Origin: Ignavibacteriota bacterium
GTDB lineage: Bacteria; Bacteroidota; Ignavibacteria; Kapaibacteriales; UBA2268
DNA length: 64,000 nt
Direction: 5' to 3'
NCBI GenBank assembly: GCA_024636855.1
Contig: JAGXGG010000007.1
Coordinates: 49,895-113,894, forward strand
This document shows, piece after piece, positions 29,130 to 37,491 of the stretch (position 1 is its first letter; each line of letters starts with the position of its first letter). The position numbers were made by a program, and so were the translations under genes. The notes below the pieces were generated by a model. It had not been told where the DNA came from. It saw only the letters and a list, made by a program, of their open reading frames with translations, and made no database searches.

Positions 29130-29804
29130 TTAATCGAATTCTACATCAGGTCTGGTCGAAGCAGATGTAACAGAAAGACCTGGGTATTTCTCGTTGTAAT
29201 CTTCTCTTCCTAATCGGATAATCTCATAAGCTTCTTTTCTACCGTAAATGTCAGTTATCTCAACATTCTTTTGGTCTTGTTCGTCAGGGTTTTGCTTATA
29301 TGTGAGGAAATAGTGCTTTAATCTTCTGATAATTGATTCAGGGATTTTAGAGATATCGTTCCTCTCATCATATACCAAATCATCGTTCATTACTGCTATT
29401 ATCTTATCATCAGCTTCGCCGTGATCTATCATTCGCATACCACCAATCGGTCGGCAATTAACTAATATGTCACCATAGGGAACTATACGCTCAGTAATTA
29501 CACATATATCTAAAGGGTCACCGTCACCAACTATATCAGTTCTTCCAGTTTTTTCATTACAATGAGCAGCTACTCGCTTCCCAGCATAAGTCTGAGGTAA
29601 CATACCATACAAAGTAGGGCAAACACTTGAGTAAATCTGTGGTCTATCAATTTTCAGATAGCCCGTATATTTGTCTAGCTCATACTTTACGGTGTCACCG
29701 GGTACTAATTCTATATAAGAAGTAACTATACGGGGTGATTGCTCACCGATAGGCACGCCGTGCCAAGGGTGTGATTTGAATATTAATCCTGACTGATTCC
29801 ACAT
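29130..29804 (-). CDS. ppa: inorganic pyrophosphatase (family I)
   Basis: Motifs KYELDKYTGYLKIDR, DGDPLDICV, HGEADDKIIAV. Confidence 0.85.
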   Translation of the reverse strand: MWNQSGLIFKSHPWHGVPIGEQSPRIVTSYIELVPGDTVKYELDKYTGYLKIDRPQIYSSVCPTLYGMLPQTYAGKRVAAHCNEKTGRTDIVGDGDPLDICVITERIVPYGDILVNCRPIGGMRMIDHGEADDKIIAVMNDDLVYDERNDISKIPESIIRRLKHYFLTYKQNPDEQDQKNVEITDIYGRKEAYEIIRLGREDYNEKYPGLSVTSASTRPDVEFD

Positions 29805-29869
29805 TTTCTAAACCTTCATATTTATGAGGTACAAAAATATGAATATGTATTATTTAATTGCTATAAAAT

Positions 29870-29900
29870 AAAAAAAAGACTGTCTTTAATGGACAGTCTT
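29870..29900 (-). terminator. rho-independent terminator downstream of the YegP gene
   Basis: Stem AAGACTGTC / GACAGTCTT. The A-run 29870-29877 becomes a T-run on the minus strand. Confidence 0.7.
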
Positions 29901-29925
29901 CTTAAAAATTGTTTTTCAAATTCAA

Positions 29926-30255
29926 TTAAGAATTGTCAATTACTTCCGCTTCGGGTGCATTTTTCTTAACTGATTCTATGCCATTATTACAGCCATCTTC
30001 AGAAGCATACATTTGGCTAGAGCCAACTATCTGACCGTTAGTAGATTTTAGATTGAAGTGATGCTTACCATTTTTAGCAACCTTCACGTCATATCTCGTT
30101 TCTTCTTGAGAGTTTTTCATTACTGATTCTATTCCGTTCAGGCAGCTCGGTTTTGCCTTATATCCTTCACTTGTTAGTATTACTTGACCATTGCCAGCTT
30201 TCAAATTGAATTGAAATTCACCGTTAGTTCTTTTAGTTATTTCAAATATTCCCAT
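29926..30255 (-). CDS. YegP family protein (tandem DUF1508)
   Basis: Two repeats: FQFNLKAGNGQVILTSEGYKAKPSCLNGIESV and HHFNLKSTNGQIVGSSQMYASEDGCNNGIESV. Confidence 0.85.
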   Translation of the reverse strand: MGIFEITKRTNGEFQFNLKAGNGQVILTSEGYKAKPSCLNGIESVMKNSQEETRYDVKVAKNGKHHFNLKSTNGQIVGSSQMYASEDGCNNGIESVKKNAPEAEVIDNS

Positions 30256-30409
30256 CTTGCAACTCTTTTATATAATTCAAAAAATGATTAAACAAATATA
30301 CTAAAAGACTTAGTTTTAGCTAGTAAGTAGAAGTACTCAAATCCACACATTTTTTGTAATTTGAATAACTAGAATGCAGGAATGAATATTAATAAATAAT
30401 CTAGTGTCA

Positions 30410-30571
30410 ATGAAAAACATATTTGTAATTTTATTTGTAGCAAGTATAATGCTTATTAGTTGTAGTGGAACTTATAAGAAAACTAATGAAGATGTCATTG
30501 CGAGGACTGAAAGGACGTGGCAATCTCAAGAAATCGAGAATAACGGAATAGATTCTTGTACTTTGCTCTAA
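30410..30571 (+). CDS. 53-aa ORF: lipoprotein signal peptide followed by repeat-derived sequence (probably a gene remnant)
   Basis: MKNIFVILFVASIMLISCSG..., after which residues VIARTERTWQSQ are encoded by the GC-rich repeat at 30494-30527. Below the ORF-track length cutoff. Confidence 0.3.
   Translation: MKNIFVILFVASIMLISCSGTYKKTNEDVIARTERTWQSQEIENNGIDSCTLL
30494..30527. repeat. REP-like element GTCATTGCGAGG...GACGTGGCAATCTC, copy A
   Basis: Shares both termini (GTCATTGCGAGGAC and GGACGTGGCAATCTC) with 34068-34113. Confidence 0.7.
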
Positions 30572-30586
30572 GCGATAGGAATTATA

Positions 30587-32242
30587 ATGGAAAAAATTAT
30601 GAAAAACATAACCATATTACTTTTACTAGAGAGCGTATTACTTATTAGCTGCGGAATAAGTATAAAAGAGAGAAATGAGATTGATGACCGCAAAGCTGCT
30701 ACTAATCAGCTTATTGACGACGATTGGTGGCTTTACGATGGAATGAATTATTATATAGGTGGAGCTCGTATAGGAGGGCCACCGAATGCTATGATATATT
30801 TCTCTAAAGATGGGGAAGTAATTGCTAATACTGAATATAATGAGTTTAAAGGTAAATTTAAAGTAAGTAAAGATAGTATTATAACAGTTTCTGATGTAAA
30901 ATCTGATAAGGTTATCTCACAGCTATCAGCTAGTGAAAGTGTATATTCTCTATTGCTTTCACAACAATTTCGTTACAAAATAAAGAACAAGACCTTAGAG
31001 TTCTTAGACTCTAATAATGTTGTAATAGCAAGATTTATTGATGGTTATAGTACATTTTCAGATTCTAATAAGAGTGTTCCTTCTTCATATCAGGGCACTT
31101 ATGTTGATATTACAAATTTGACTGATGGTACTATTATGGAAACACGATTAACTTTAAAAGAGGATCAAAATTATGATCTTATTGTTGAGTATATTGGTTC
31201 CGATAAACCTAATATAGAGAGATATAATGGTCATTATTTATGGCATGAGTTTATTGAAGAAGTTAGTCTTAACCTTAATGTCAATGATAAATATAATAAC
31301 TATTACTTTAAAGTTGAAAAGAACAAGTTGATTCCTATAAAGTATAATGGATTTCCTATTCTAGGGAGCGGAAACGACATTCCAAAAGCATTTAGCAATA
31401 TTTTGACGGACGAAAAGTGGTATTTGAGCAGTATAAATGATATTCTAGTTGGCGAAAGCAATGGACTAGAGACCGAAAATGCTCTAAAGAACGATAGTTT
31501 ATTCCAAAAAGTGGACGGGCTTGGTGATATGGTATTCGGCGACACTAATAGAGTAGTCAATAAGTATCATATTGGTGCCTTTCCTTCTTTATATCAGGGT
31601 ACATATATCTGGGAAGAAGATTGTAATGATTGTGTTAGAATAGAAAAGCGATTAACTTTAAAAGAAAATAAAGGATATGATTTTGTAATTGAATATATTG
31701 GTTCCGATAAGCCAAATATACAGAGATATAGTGGTCCATGTATATGGCAATATAATAAAGATGTGATAGGCATAGACATCAAAGTGGATGGCGAATATGA
31801 AAGATATGGCTTTGAAGTTAAAGAAGGGATGTTAATTCCTAAAGAGATTTACGGTTCGCCTATTATAGGGAGCGGTGATGACATTCCAAGGGCATTTAGT
31901 AATGATTTGACGGACGAAAAGTGGTATTTGAGTCTATTATTAAGTGATTCAGTGAACGTTGTGCTTGATGGTGAGTCCGATTCCCCTACTATTAAGTTCG
32001 AAAATGATGGGCACGTGAAAGTTAAGACGGAATGCGGGTTTTATAATGGTGAATTTGACATTGATGAAAGTGGGCTAGTTAACGTTAATAATATTAACGA
32101 GACCAAAATCCCTTGTACTACTAGTCTTTTGGGGATTGCTTACCAAACAATGCTTTCGAGTGGGTTCAGCTACGTTATTGATGGCGACGAGATGGCTTTT
32201 ATGGATAGGGACGGTTATATTTTCGCTAAGTTTGTGAGGTAA
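30587..32242 (+). CDS. lipoprotein with META (HslJ-like) domains and an internally duplicated NlpE-N-like module
   Basis: Lipobox LLISC. META-like segments at the N- and C-terminus (ECGFYNGEFDIDESG...IPCTTSL...). About 113-aa units repeated at residues 168-280 and 336-448. Confidence 0.6.
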   Translation: MEKIMKNITILLLLESVLLISCGISIKERNEIDDRKAATNQLIDDDWWLYDGMNYYIGGARIGGPPNAMIYFSKDGEVIANTEYNEFKGKFKVSKDSIITVSDVKSDKVISQLSASESVYSLLLSQQFRYKIKNKTLEFLDSNNVVIARFIDGYSTFSDSNKSVPSSYQGTYVDITNLTDGTIMETRLTLKEDQNYDLIVEYIGSDKPNIERYNGHYLWHEFIEEVSLNLNVNDKYNNYYFKVEKNKLIPIKYNGFPILGSGNDIPKAFSNILTDEKWYLSSINDILVGESNGLETENALKNDSLFQKVDGLGDMVFGDTNRVVNKYHIGAFPSLYQGTYIWEEDCNDCVRIEKRLTLKENKGYDFVIEYIGSDKPNIQRYSGPCIWQYNKDVIGIDIKVDGEYERYGFEVKEGMLIPKEIYGSPIIGSGDDIPRAFSNDLTDEKWYLSLLLSDSVNVVLDGESDSPTIKFENDGHVKVKTECGFYNGEFDIDESGLVNVNNINETKIPCTTSLLGIAYQTMLSSGFSYVIDGDEMAFMDRDGYIFAKFVR

Positions 32243-32266
32243 TAGTTTGTCAGGTTCACGAATGAC

Positions 32267-32336
32267 TGTAGAGACGTATTGCATACGTCTCCAAAGGGAA
32301 TATGGGCTTATGAGACGTATGCAATACGTCTCTACA
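32267..32336. repeat. perfect 25-bp inverted repeat (nested palindromes), likely a terminator or REP-like element
   Basis: TGTAGAGACGTATTGCATACGTCTC (32267-32291) and its exact reverse complement (32312-32336) are separated by a 20-nt spacer and followed by TTTTCGTTTG. Confidence 0.8.
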
Positions 32337-32392
32337 TTTTCGTTTGAAAAGAAATGGGAAATTATATTCAAATAATTAAAAAGAATATATAA

Positions 32393-33283
32393 ATGATTGA
32401 AAGAATAAAAGCCAAACTAAAGCAGCCATATTTAATTAAAGACTCAGTAGCCGATAAGCTGAGAATATCTTTTGTTTACGGCTTGTTCGTAGCTCTGTTT
32501 TTATTAATGTTCCAGCCATTCGGGATAAGCACTATGGAAAGTGGGGTGGTGGAAGTATGCTTTATGTTCGGTTTGATTACCTTCGTTTCAATGATAGTAC
32601 TTAATATTATTATCGCTCCATTTTTTCCTAGTTACTTTGCTGAGCATAAGTGGAACACAGGAAAGGAAATAATATGGACATTAGTTAATATACTATCTAT
32701 TGGTCTTGCGAATGCTGCTTACTCTTCATACTTAAACGATAACTCACTTTCGTTGAAGTATATACTCATATTTGAATTCTACACTTTTATGGTTAGTGTA
32801 CTGCCGATTACGTTCATTATCATTTATCAAGAATCGAAGTATGCTCGTAAATATAATGAGCTTTCTAGTGATATCAACAAAAAGCTCATAGCTCACGCTA
32901 ACCCCAAATCTACGATTAAAATAGATTCGCAAAATCAAAATGAAAAGCTAGAGATAAACAGCTCGGATTTGCTTTTCATCAAATCTGCTGATAATTACAT
33001 TGAAGTTTATTATTTGGAGAGTGGCGAAGTCAGAAATTCTATGCTTAGAAATACGCTGAAATCAGTCGAAGAAGTTTTCACTAATAATGAGAATATAATC
33101 AGATGTCACAAGAGCTATTTGGTGAATTTGCAGTACGTGAATAATGTTAGTGGGAATGCACAAGGGTATAAATTGCATCAGGATTTTACTGATATTCCTA
33201 TCCCAGTATCTAGAAAGCTAAATGATTTCGTCAAAGAAAAACTTACCACTAAGAAAAGTAATCTTGTAGCTCCCCACAAATAG
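32393..33283 (+). CDS. membrane-anchored LytTR-family DNA-binding protein (no receiver domain)
   Basis: Four N-terminal hydrophobic segments. The C-terminal LytTR signature is LLFIKSADNYIEVYY...IRCHKSYLVNLQYV...IPVSRK. Confidence 0.8.
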   Translation: MIERIKAKLKQPYLIKDSVADKLRISFVYGLFVALFLLMFQPFGISTMESGVVEVCFMFGLITFVSMIVLNIIIAPFFPSYFAEHKWNTGKEIIWTLVNILSIGLANAAYSSYLNDNSLSLKYILIFEFYTFMVSVLPITFIIIYQESKYARKYNELSSDINKKLIAHANPKSTIKIDSQNQNEKLEINSSDLLFIKSADNYIEVYYLESGEVRNSMLRNTLKSVEEVFTNNENIIRCHKSYLVNLQYVNNVSGNAQGYKLHQDFTDIPIPVSRKLNDFVKEKLTTKKSNLVAPHK

Positions 33284-33389
33284 ATCCCCATTCATCCCTA
33301 AGCTTGCTATTCAGACCTTACGGCTGTTCACTTAGATTTATAATTCCGATTTTTGTAGTATAATTTTATAACAATAATCAGGTATTATT

Positions 33390-34037
33390 ATGTCTATTCT
33401 ATCAAGTGTTCTACTCATTCTACACATTATATTTGGGGGTTCCGCTTTAGTGCTTGGACTATTCTCTATGTCCTCAAGAAAAGGACAAAAGCTACATAAA
33501 AAAAGTGGTTTCTACTTTTTTATTTCAATGTTAGTAGTAGCTATAACTGCAATTCTACTATCATTAATTAAAGATAGTGCGTTCCTATTCCACATAGGGA
33601 TATTCTCATTTTATATGAACTATTCTGGATGGCGAGCTATTAGAAACAAAAAGCTTACCCCATCAACTATGGATTGGATTATAAATATAGCATCATTGAT
33701 TAATACTATATTTATGATAGCCAGCTTCCAATTAGTACTAATAATTTTCGGTGTTATCTCACTCTCATTAGTATTTGGTCAGCTCAAACTCTTTTACTTC
33801 CATTATAAAGAAAAAGAAATCCCGAGAATGTCTTGGCTAGTACAACATATAGGTATGATGGTAGGTACATATATATCCACTTTGACTGCATTTTTAGTAG
33901 TGAATATTAATTTCATAGAACCGAATTGGGTGGTATGGATACTACCTACGGTTATATTCACTCCACTGATTATATTCTGGACTAAAAAGTACACAGAGAT
34001 TCCGCAAAGAAAAGCAATTGAAGATAACATTGCTTAG
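33390..34037 (+). CDS. polytopic membrane protein (DUF2306-like?)
   Basis: Five or six TM segments. LHIIFGGSALVLGLF...KLHKKSGFYFF resembles DUF2306 as I recall it. Confidence 0.4.
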   Translation: MSILSSVLLILHIIFGGSALVLGLFSMSSRKGQKLHKKSGFYFFISMLVVAITAILLSLIKDSAFLFHIGIFSFYMNYSGWRAIRNKKLTPSTMDWIINIASLINTIFMIASFQLVLIIFGVISLSLVFGQLKLFYFHYKEKEIPRMSWLVQHIGMMVGTYISTLTAFLVVNINFIEPNWVVWILPTVIFTPLIIFWTKKYTEIPQRKAIEDNIA

Positions 34038-34065
34038 ACTGAAAGTACTTGAGAATCTGGTAAAC

Positions 34066-34164
34066 CTGTCATTGCGAGGACACAGAGCGTAGCGAAGTGG
34101 ACGTGGCAATCTCGCGAGAAAAAGCAAAATGAATGAGATTACCGCGCTTCGCTCGTAATGACAG
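34066..34164. repeat. REP-like element copy B forming a ~100-nt imperfect palindrome
   Basis: Left arm CTGTCATTGCGAGG...GTGGCAATCTC (34066-34113). Right arm GAGATTACCGCGCTTCGCTCGTAATGACAG (34135-34164). Confidence 0.7.
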
Positions 34165-34392
34165 TCCATTGAGGGAGAGACTACTTATGCCTTCGGCTTG
34201 GCAGGCACGTTTCGCACGGAATAACAATCGTCCTAGACAGCAAAAACTCATCACTAGCCAATTATAATAGTTAAAAGTATAGTCATAATCCAAAAATTGG
34301 TAGAGAGCAACACCTAATGTGATTAATCTTTTAGAATGAAGATATTATTTACTAATTTATGATAAATAAAATCGATTGAATACAAATTATCT

Positions 34393-34399
34393 TAAGGAG
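34393..34399 (+). promoter_or_regulatory. Shine-Dalgarno site
   Basis: TAAGGAG lies 7 nt upstream of the ATG at 34407. Confidence 0.6.
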
Positions 34400-34406
34400 T
34401 GTAGTC

Positions 34407-34934
34407 ATGTCAACAGCTAAAATACCACCAATAAATTTCAAGAAATGGATAGACGAGAACCGTCATTTGCTAAAGCCACCTGTTGGTAATAAGCAAGTAT
34501 ATGAAGATGGCGAGATGATAATAATGGTAGTAGGCGGTCCAAACGGAAGGAAAGATTATCACTACAATGAAACTCCCGAGTTCTTCTATCAAGTAGAAGG
34601 TGATATAACAGTAAAGATAATCGATGACGGAGAGTTTAGAGACGTGAATATCAAAGAAGGCGAGATATTCCTTTTACCTGGGAAAGTACCTCATTCACCG
34701 CAAAGACCAGCTAATACAATTGGGTTAGTAGTAGAGCAAGTACGTGACCCAGAGGCGATAGATGCGCTAGAGTGGTATTGTGAGAATTGTCACAACAAAC
34801 TAGCTAGAAAAGAATTTGCAATGAAGAATATAGTAACTGAACTACCTGTGAAAATGGAAGAATTCTTCAATGATGAGGCGGCAAGAACTTGTGATAAGTG
34901 TGGAACTGTGATGGAAAAACCGGAGAAGAAGTAA
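34407..34934 (+). CDS. 3-hydroxyanthranilate 3,4-dioxygenase
   Basis: Cupin motifs KDYHYNETPEFFYQVEGD and LLPGKVPHSPQRP. C-terminal CxxC...CxxC (CENCHN / CDKCG) rubredoxin-like site as in bacterial HAAO. Confidence 0.9.
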   Translation: MSTAKIPPINFKKWIDENRHLLKPPVGNKQVYEDGEMIIMVVGGPNGRKDYHYNETPEFFYQVEGDITVKIIDDGEFRDVNIKEGEIFLLPGKVPHSPQRPANTIGLVVEQVRDPEAIDALEWYCENCHNKLARKEFAMKNIVTELPVKMEEFFNDEAARTCDKCGTVMEKPEKK

Positions 34935-35972
34935 ATGGTAGATTTGGGAAATGGAGAGAAAACACTAAAAGTTGACGTTCACACACATATTATGCCACCC
35001 AATATGCCTGATTACAATAGTAAATTCGGCTATGGGGAGTTTATTCACTTGGAACATCACAAACCGTGCTGCGCTAAGATGATGGCAGGCCCGAAGTTCT
35101 TCCGCGAGATAGAGGATAACTGTTGGGATGGTGACGCGAGGATAAACGATTGCGATCATCACAGTGTAGATGTGCAAGTAATCTCACCAATACCCGTGCT
35201 ATTCTACTATTGGGCGAAGGCAGAACACGCCGAAGAAACTTCGAAGTATCAGAATGATTTTATAAAAGGGCTTTGCGATAAGCACCCAACTAGATTTATT
35301 GGACTAGGCACTGTTCCACTGCAAGATCCCAAGCGAGCTATCAAGGAACTAGAACGTTGCGTAAAAGACCTAGGATTACCCGGTGTAGAAATCGGTACTC
35401 ATATCAATGATTGGAATCTTTCGGCAGAAGAGCTATTCGACTTTTTTGCTGCTGCTGAAGAGCTGAATGCATCTATATTCGTACATCCATGGGATATGAT
35501 GGGGAAGAGCAGAATGGAGAAATATTGGCTACCTTGGTTAGTGGGAATGCCTGCCGAGACTTCGTTAGCTATTTGCTCTATGATATTCGGTGGAGTACTA
35601 GAAAGACTACCGAAATTGAAAATGCTATTCGCTCATGCGGGCGGTTCTTTCCCCTCTACAATCAGCAGAATAGAACATGGGTTCAATGTACGCCCAGACC
35701 TTTGTGCCATAGATAATAATATAAACCCTCGCGAGTATCTAGGTAAATTCTACATAGACTCGCTAACTCACGATGAGCAAATGTTGAAATATGTAGTTGA
35801 CCTAATGGGTGAAGACAAAGTCGCTTTGGGTACGGATTATCCATTCCCACTAGGTGAGCTAAAGCCTGGTAAACTTATAGAATCTGTGAGTGATTTCAGC
35901 CCAGAATTAAAGAGAAAGCTATTATCTACCAACGCATTTGATTGGTTGGGAATAGATGGAAGTGGGTTTTAA
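34935..35972 (+). CDS. 2-amino-3-carboxymuconate-6-semialdehyde decarboxylase (amidohydrolase_2 family)
   Basis: Motifs VDVHTHIMPP (HxH), FVHPWDM, LFAHAGGSFP, LGTDYPFPLGE. The ATG immediately follows the HAAO stop (TAAATG). Confidence 0.85.
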   Translation: MVDLGNGEKTLKVDVHTHIMPPNMPDYNSKFGYGEFIHLEHHKPCCAKMMAGPKFFREIEDNCWDGDARINDCDHHSVDVQVISPIPVLFYYWAKAEHAEETSKYQNDFIKGLCDKHPTRFIGLGTVPLQDPKRAIKELERCVKDLGLPGVEIGTHINDWNLSAEELFDFFAAAEELNASIFVHPWDMMGKSRMEKYWLPWLVGMPAETSLAICSMIFGGVLERLPKLKMLFAHAGGSFPSTISRIEHGFNVRPDLCAIDNNINPREYLGKFYIDSLTHDEQMLKYVVDLMGEDKVALGTDYPFPLGELKPGKLIESVSDFSPELKRKLLSTNAFDWLGIDGSGF

Positions 35973-36006
35973 GTTCTTTATTATAGATTCTGAAAAAATA
36001 GTATTG

Positions 36007-36177
36007 CCGTTGGCTTTAGCCAACGGATGATATGTATATCACCAATCCACATTGGACTTTAGTCCCATAACCATTCAACTCCTAACGGAGTTGTTTTGTG
36101 CTAGGTTGGTCAGCAGGTGCTACTAACATTGAACTCCTACGGAGTTCTTCTGGACTCTTCTAACGCCTGCGGCGTTA
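36007..36177. repeat. cluster of five short GC-rich hairpins (REP-like)
   Basis: CCGTTGGC-TTTA-GCCAACGG (36007-36026), GGAC-TTTA-GTCC (36054-36065), AACTCC-TAAC-GGAGTT (36077-36092), GAACTCC-TAC-GGAGTTC (36131-36147), TAACGCC-TGC-GGCGTTA (36161-36177). Confidence 0.75.
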
Positions 36178-36253
36178 TCAGAGTGACGGAATAAGTGAAA
36201 TCTACAAAATCCTTTAATCCGTTTCATCCGTGATTCAAAAAATATGCTAAACT

Positions 36254-36287
36254 CAAAAAAAAAGACATAAACCGCTGTATATGTCTT
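36254..36287 (-). terminator. rho-independent terminator of metK
   Basis: Stem AAGACATA / TATGTCTT. The A-run 36254-36263 gives a T-run on the minus strand. Confidence 0.6.
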
Positions 36288-36313
36288 CTTATTTTTATCT
36301 AAGTTTTCTCTTT

Positions 36314-37456
36314 TTAAGCTAATTCACGTTTGATTTGTTCGACCAAATCTAAACTTTCCCATGGGAAAATATCTCTTCCGAAATGTCCATAACTAGCAGT
36401 TTGTTGGAATATCGGTCTAGTCAAACCAAATTTCTGGATTATTCCTTTTGGTGTTAGGTCAACACTTTTCTTAATCCAATCAGATATTTCGAATCGATTG
36501 TGTTTAGATGTACCATGAGTATCTACGTAAATAGATAATGGTCTATCTACCCCAATAGCATAAGCTAATTGGATAGTACATTCATCTGCTACTCCAGCAG
36601 CTACTAAGTTTTTAGCAACGTATCTTGCAGCATAAGCCGCAGATCTATCTACTTTCGTTGCATCCTTACCAGAGAAAGCTCCACCACCGTGAGGGGCTTT
36701 GCCACCGTATGTATCCACTATTATCTTTCTACCAGTTAGTCCTGTGTCACCGTGAGGGCCACCGATTATAAACTGTCCAGTTGGATTTACATGGAATTCT
36801 GTGTCTTGTAACCATTCTTTTGGAATTATCTCATTTACAACGTTATTGATAACGTCTTCTTTGATTTGGCTACTTGTTACACCTGGGTCATGCTGTGTAG
36901 ATAGTACTATATTGTGAGCTCTTATTATCTTATTGTCTTCGCCATATTCTAGAGTTATTTGTGCTTTAGAATCTGGGCGGAGATATGTCATCTTCTGCTT
37001 AGCTTTTCTGATTTCAGCCAGCTTTAGCAATAATTTATGAGAATACATAAGTGCAGCTGGCATTAGCTCTTCTGTTTCACGAGTCGCATAGCCAAACATA
37101 ATACCTTGATCACCAGCACCGCCAGTGTCCACACCCATTGCTATATCTTCTGATTGTTTATTGAGCACGTTGATTACGCTACAAGATTCTGCGTCGAATC
37201 TATATTCGCCTTTGGTATAGCCAATATCTCTGATTACTTGACGTGCTACTTCTGTGATATCTATGTAAGAATTAGTGGTTACCTCGCCACCAACAACTAG
37301 CATACCAGTAGCAGCAAAGCACTCACATGCTACTCGAGCATTTGGGTCTTCTGTTAATACTGCGTCTAATACTGCGTCACTTACTTGATCACAAACTTTA
37401 TCGGGATGTCCTTCTGAAACTGATTCGGAGGTAAAATGATAAACATTTTTACTCAT
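36314..37456 (-). CDS. metK: S-adenosylmethionine synthetase
   Basis: Motifs [50 protein letters not shown]. Confidence 0.95.
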   Translation of the reverse strand: MSKNVYHFTSESVSEGHPDKVCDQVSDAVLDAVLTEDPNARVACECFAATGMLVVGGEVTTNSYIDITEVARQVIRDIGYTKGEYRFDAESCSVINVLNKQSEDIAMGVDTGGAGDQGIMFGYATRETEELMPAALMYSHKLLLKLAEIRKAKQKMTYLRPDSKAQITLEYGEDNKIIRAHNIVLSTQHDPGVTSSQIKEDVINNVVNEIIPKEWLQDTEFHVNPTGQFIIGGPHGDTGLTGRKIIVDTYGGKAPHGGGAFSGKDATKVDRSAAYAARYVAKNLVAAGVADECTIQLAYAIGVDRPLSIYVDTHGTSKHNRFEISDWIKKSVDLTPKGIIQKFGLTRPIFQQTASYGHFGRDIFPWESLDLVEQIKRELA

Positions 37457-37491
37457 TAATATTCCTTATTCTTTTTAAACCGCTATTATTA

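Noticed and set aside
32075-32371. 98-aa minus-strand ORF spanning the end of the META lipoprotein gene and the 25-bp inverted repeat.
   Set aside because: It overlaps a supported gene in antisense, and the rest of it is repeat-derived.
33942-34293. Two overlapping minus-strand ORFs (75 and 74 aa) in the gap after the membrane protein gene.
   Set aside because: They are translated from the GC-rich palindromic repeat cluster (Arg/Ser/Leu-rich, no start context). They are artefacts of stop-poor repeat DNA.
34407-35972. Impression that the HAAO-ACMSD cassette is more G+C-rich than its neighbours, suggesting horizontal transfer.
   Set aside because: Other conserved enzymes in the window (metK, fbaB) look similarly enriched by eye. 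The difference may only reflect amino-acid conservation and needs an actual GC/codon computation.
36007-36177. Possible CRISPR array, suggested by several short palindromic units.
   Set aside because: The units are not identical, the spacing is irregular (11-38 nt), the stems are only 4-8 bp, and there are no cas genes in the window.
37457-37491. SAM riboswitch expected upstream of metK.
   Set aside because: Only 35 nt separate metK from the stop of the mltD-like gene, which is too short for any SAM aptamer. metK is probably read from a promoter inside or upstream of mltD.
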